Part shown: piece by piece, positions 62,293-64,000 of the stretch
Layout: the number at the start of each line of letters is the position of its first letter
How positions within the stretch are numbered: the first letter of the stretch is position 1
Source of the DNA: Takakia lepidozioides
Taxonomy: Eukaryota > Plantae > Bryophyta
Length of the DNA stretch: 64,000 nt
Reading direction: 5' to 3'
Assembly (NCBI GenBank): GCA_030704615.1
Contig: CM060731.1
Location: 9,734,001-9,798,000, forward strand
Program-made: the position numbers and the translations under genes
The notes under the pieces: model-generated
Seen by the model: only the letters and a program-made list of their open reading frames with translations
Told to the model about the DNA's origin: nothing
Databases searched by the model: none

Positions 62293-63380
62293 TGGGCACA
62301 CACGAGGGAGCAGGAGAGATTTAATCAACTTGCCCTCGATTTTCATGAGGTTACCTCACTTGAGACACTCATTGGGTACAGGGGGCATCGGCAAGAGTTC
62401 AAAGCACCAAGTACAGTCCCTGGCTTAAGGTTACCTTAATATACACTGAATGCCTAGTAGTGTTAACATAGTGTTGCTTCCTATCATTTTACATAGGGTA
62501 AATCTGAGGTGTTAATTGTTCACAATCTCCTACCACTTCGATGGATAAATATTGATGCCCAACTTCATCAGTAACAGGAGGGAGGCAGAGGGTATGCAAA
62601 TGAGCAGACAGGAACAAATTGTTACTTGTGCCTGTTGTATAATGGAAAAGTGCAAACCAGGATTCTGTAGTGCTCAATGTAACTCATTACTCATTACTCT
62701 TTCATGACTATACCTGAAACATCCAGTGTTGATCATGTATTCCTTCACAGTTCAATGTTACTGGTTTCTTCCTGCAGTCCTGATAAGCTTGTTTGGCTTT
62801 ATAAATGCTTTTATGGGCCTCATGTACATTTGTTGATTGCTACCTGCACACACAATAACTTACTGTAAACTCTCAATCTAGAGCTGTTACTATGACTATA
62901 TATCTTAAACTATCATGTACATGCTCTGATTGTAACTGATTAAATGACCTGTGCCGAGCATAGTTGTGCAAATACCTATATTACTAGCATTCTAAATTAA
63001 TTTTACCCTGTAGTTGCGTCTGAGGGTGCTATAACAACTTCTCTCCATGGCCTTGCCAAATGAGTCGTTTCTAAGCCTTAAAACTTGGTGCGCACGACAA
63101 TTTGATTGTAATCAATAATCCAGCCATGAATGTTGTTATCAACCTGGTGCAACATATTTGGACAATGCTAGAAAAGTAATCAGTGCTACTGTCCTATGCC
63201 AGAGGATCAACTCAAGAAGTTTTTCTCCTTGCAAATCTGTGGACAATGCAACAGAAAGGAGTCCACAACTGCACTGTTCGATGATCATACTTGAATTGCT
63301 GTCAACAACATGAGCAGCTCAGAGGAAGCACAGTACTGACTTTCACAATCATGAAATACATTGTTTCTTCTTTGCTAGGT

Positions 63381-64000
63381 TCACCAGTAATCACCACAAG
63401 AACAAACCCCATCTTGGAAATGGTGAAAACGGTTGGCATCCCGTACAACAATTGTTCGCCCAACAATCTTTGATATGAACTTGGTGGCTGTGTGGCAGTC
63501 ACCACATACCCGAAGGTTCTTAATGATGAGGACACGCATCCCAGGGGCTGTGCTAATGAGACCAAAAGCTATGGCCAGCTTCTCACTGTGATGCCAAAGA
63601 GAAAACTCCTTTTGTTCATCCTCCACATCATGCAATACAAAACGTGCGTCGGGGACATACCCAACCTCCTTCATCCGCGAAGACAATCTCTTCAGCTCAG
63701 CATGGATTTCCTCAATTTGTGGATGCAATTTGTCGCCTACAAGAAACGTGTGCACCCGGTTGTCCACCTCAATGCAGCTGTGCCCTGGTTCCTTTCTGAC
63801 ACCTCTCTCCTCCATCATTTTTCTCAACTTCGCTTGAGCATCCAACCGGCCAGCCGCAGCAAAGATGTTTGATAACAGCACATAACCTGACACGTTCTGT
63901 GGATCCAACTTGAGAAGGCATTTTGCAGCATGTTCTGCTAGCTCCACATTGCCATGTATTCTACAGGCACCAAGCAAGGCCACCCACACCCCGGCATGTG
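63381..64000 (-). CDS. Second PLS-DYW PPR gene, 3' part (E-DYW); runs off the window
   Basis: WVALLGACRIHG, KEPGHS, HSEKLAIAFGL, CGDCH, CSCGDYW. Confidence 0.93.
   Translation of the reverse strand, partial: HAGVWVALLGACRIHGNVELAEHAAKCLLKLDPQNVSGYVLLSNIFAAAGRLDAQAKLRKMMEERGVRKEPGHSCIEVDNRVHTFLVGDKLHPQIEEIHAELKRLSSRMKEVGYVPDARFVLHDVEDEQKEFSLWHHSEKLAIAFGLISTAPGMRVLIIKNLRVCGDCHTATKFISKIVGRTIVVRDANRFHHFQDGVCSCGDYW

Overview
Eukaryotic nuclear DNA from a land plant, probably a non-seed plant (inferred from gene and TE style), with spliced genes interleaved with transposon debris. Genes: an uncharacterised multi-exon protein (8992-13160 +), nuclear Deg protease DEG9 (14522-19419 +), VIP3/SKI8 (29048-30963 -) head-to-head with a NIFK/Nop15-like RRM gene (31501-34685 +), intronless arginine decarboxylase (43935-46118 +), a PLS-DYW PPR editing factor (48597-56734 -) with a near-complete LINE in its first intron, plastid lipoyl synthase (57807-62292 +) and the 3' end of a second DYW-PPR. 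TEs: one EN-RT LINE family in six pieces, a second decayed LINE, a hAT MITE with a nested tRNA-like module, a Mutator-like element carrying a zinc-ribbon ORF, a PHD-bearing LTR remnant and a CACTA fragment. Best leads: a decayed 2.5-kb coding relic (35720-38278 -) whose motif order resembles the C-terminal half of a Bunyavirales L polymerase (candidate endogenous RNA-virus element), an ADC leader with about 1.1 kb free of ATG plus an ADC-box hairpin, and a candidate MIR-type hairpin at 5956-6122. All coordinates, alignments and family matches were made by eye and from recall; no searches were run.
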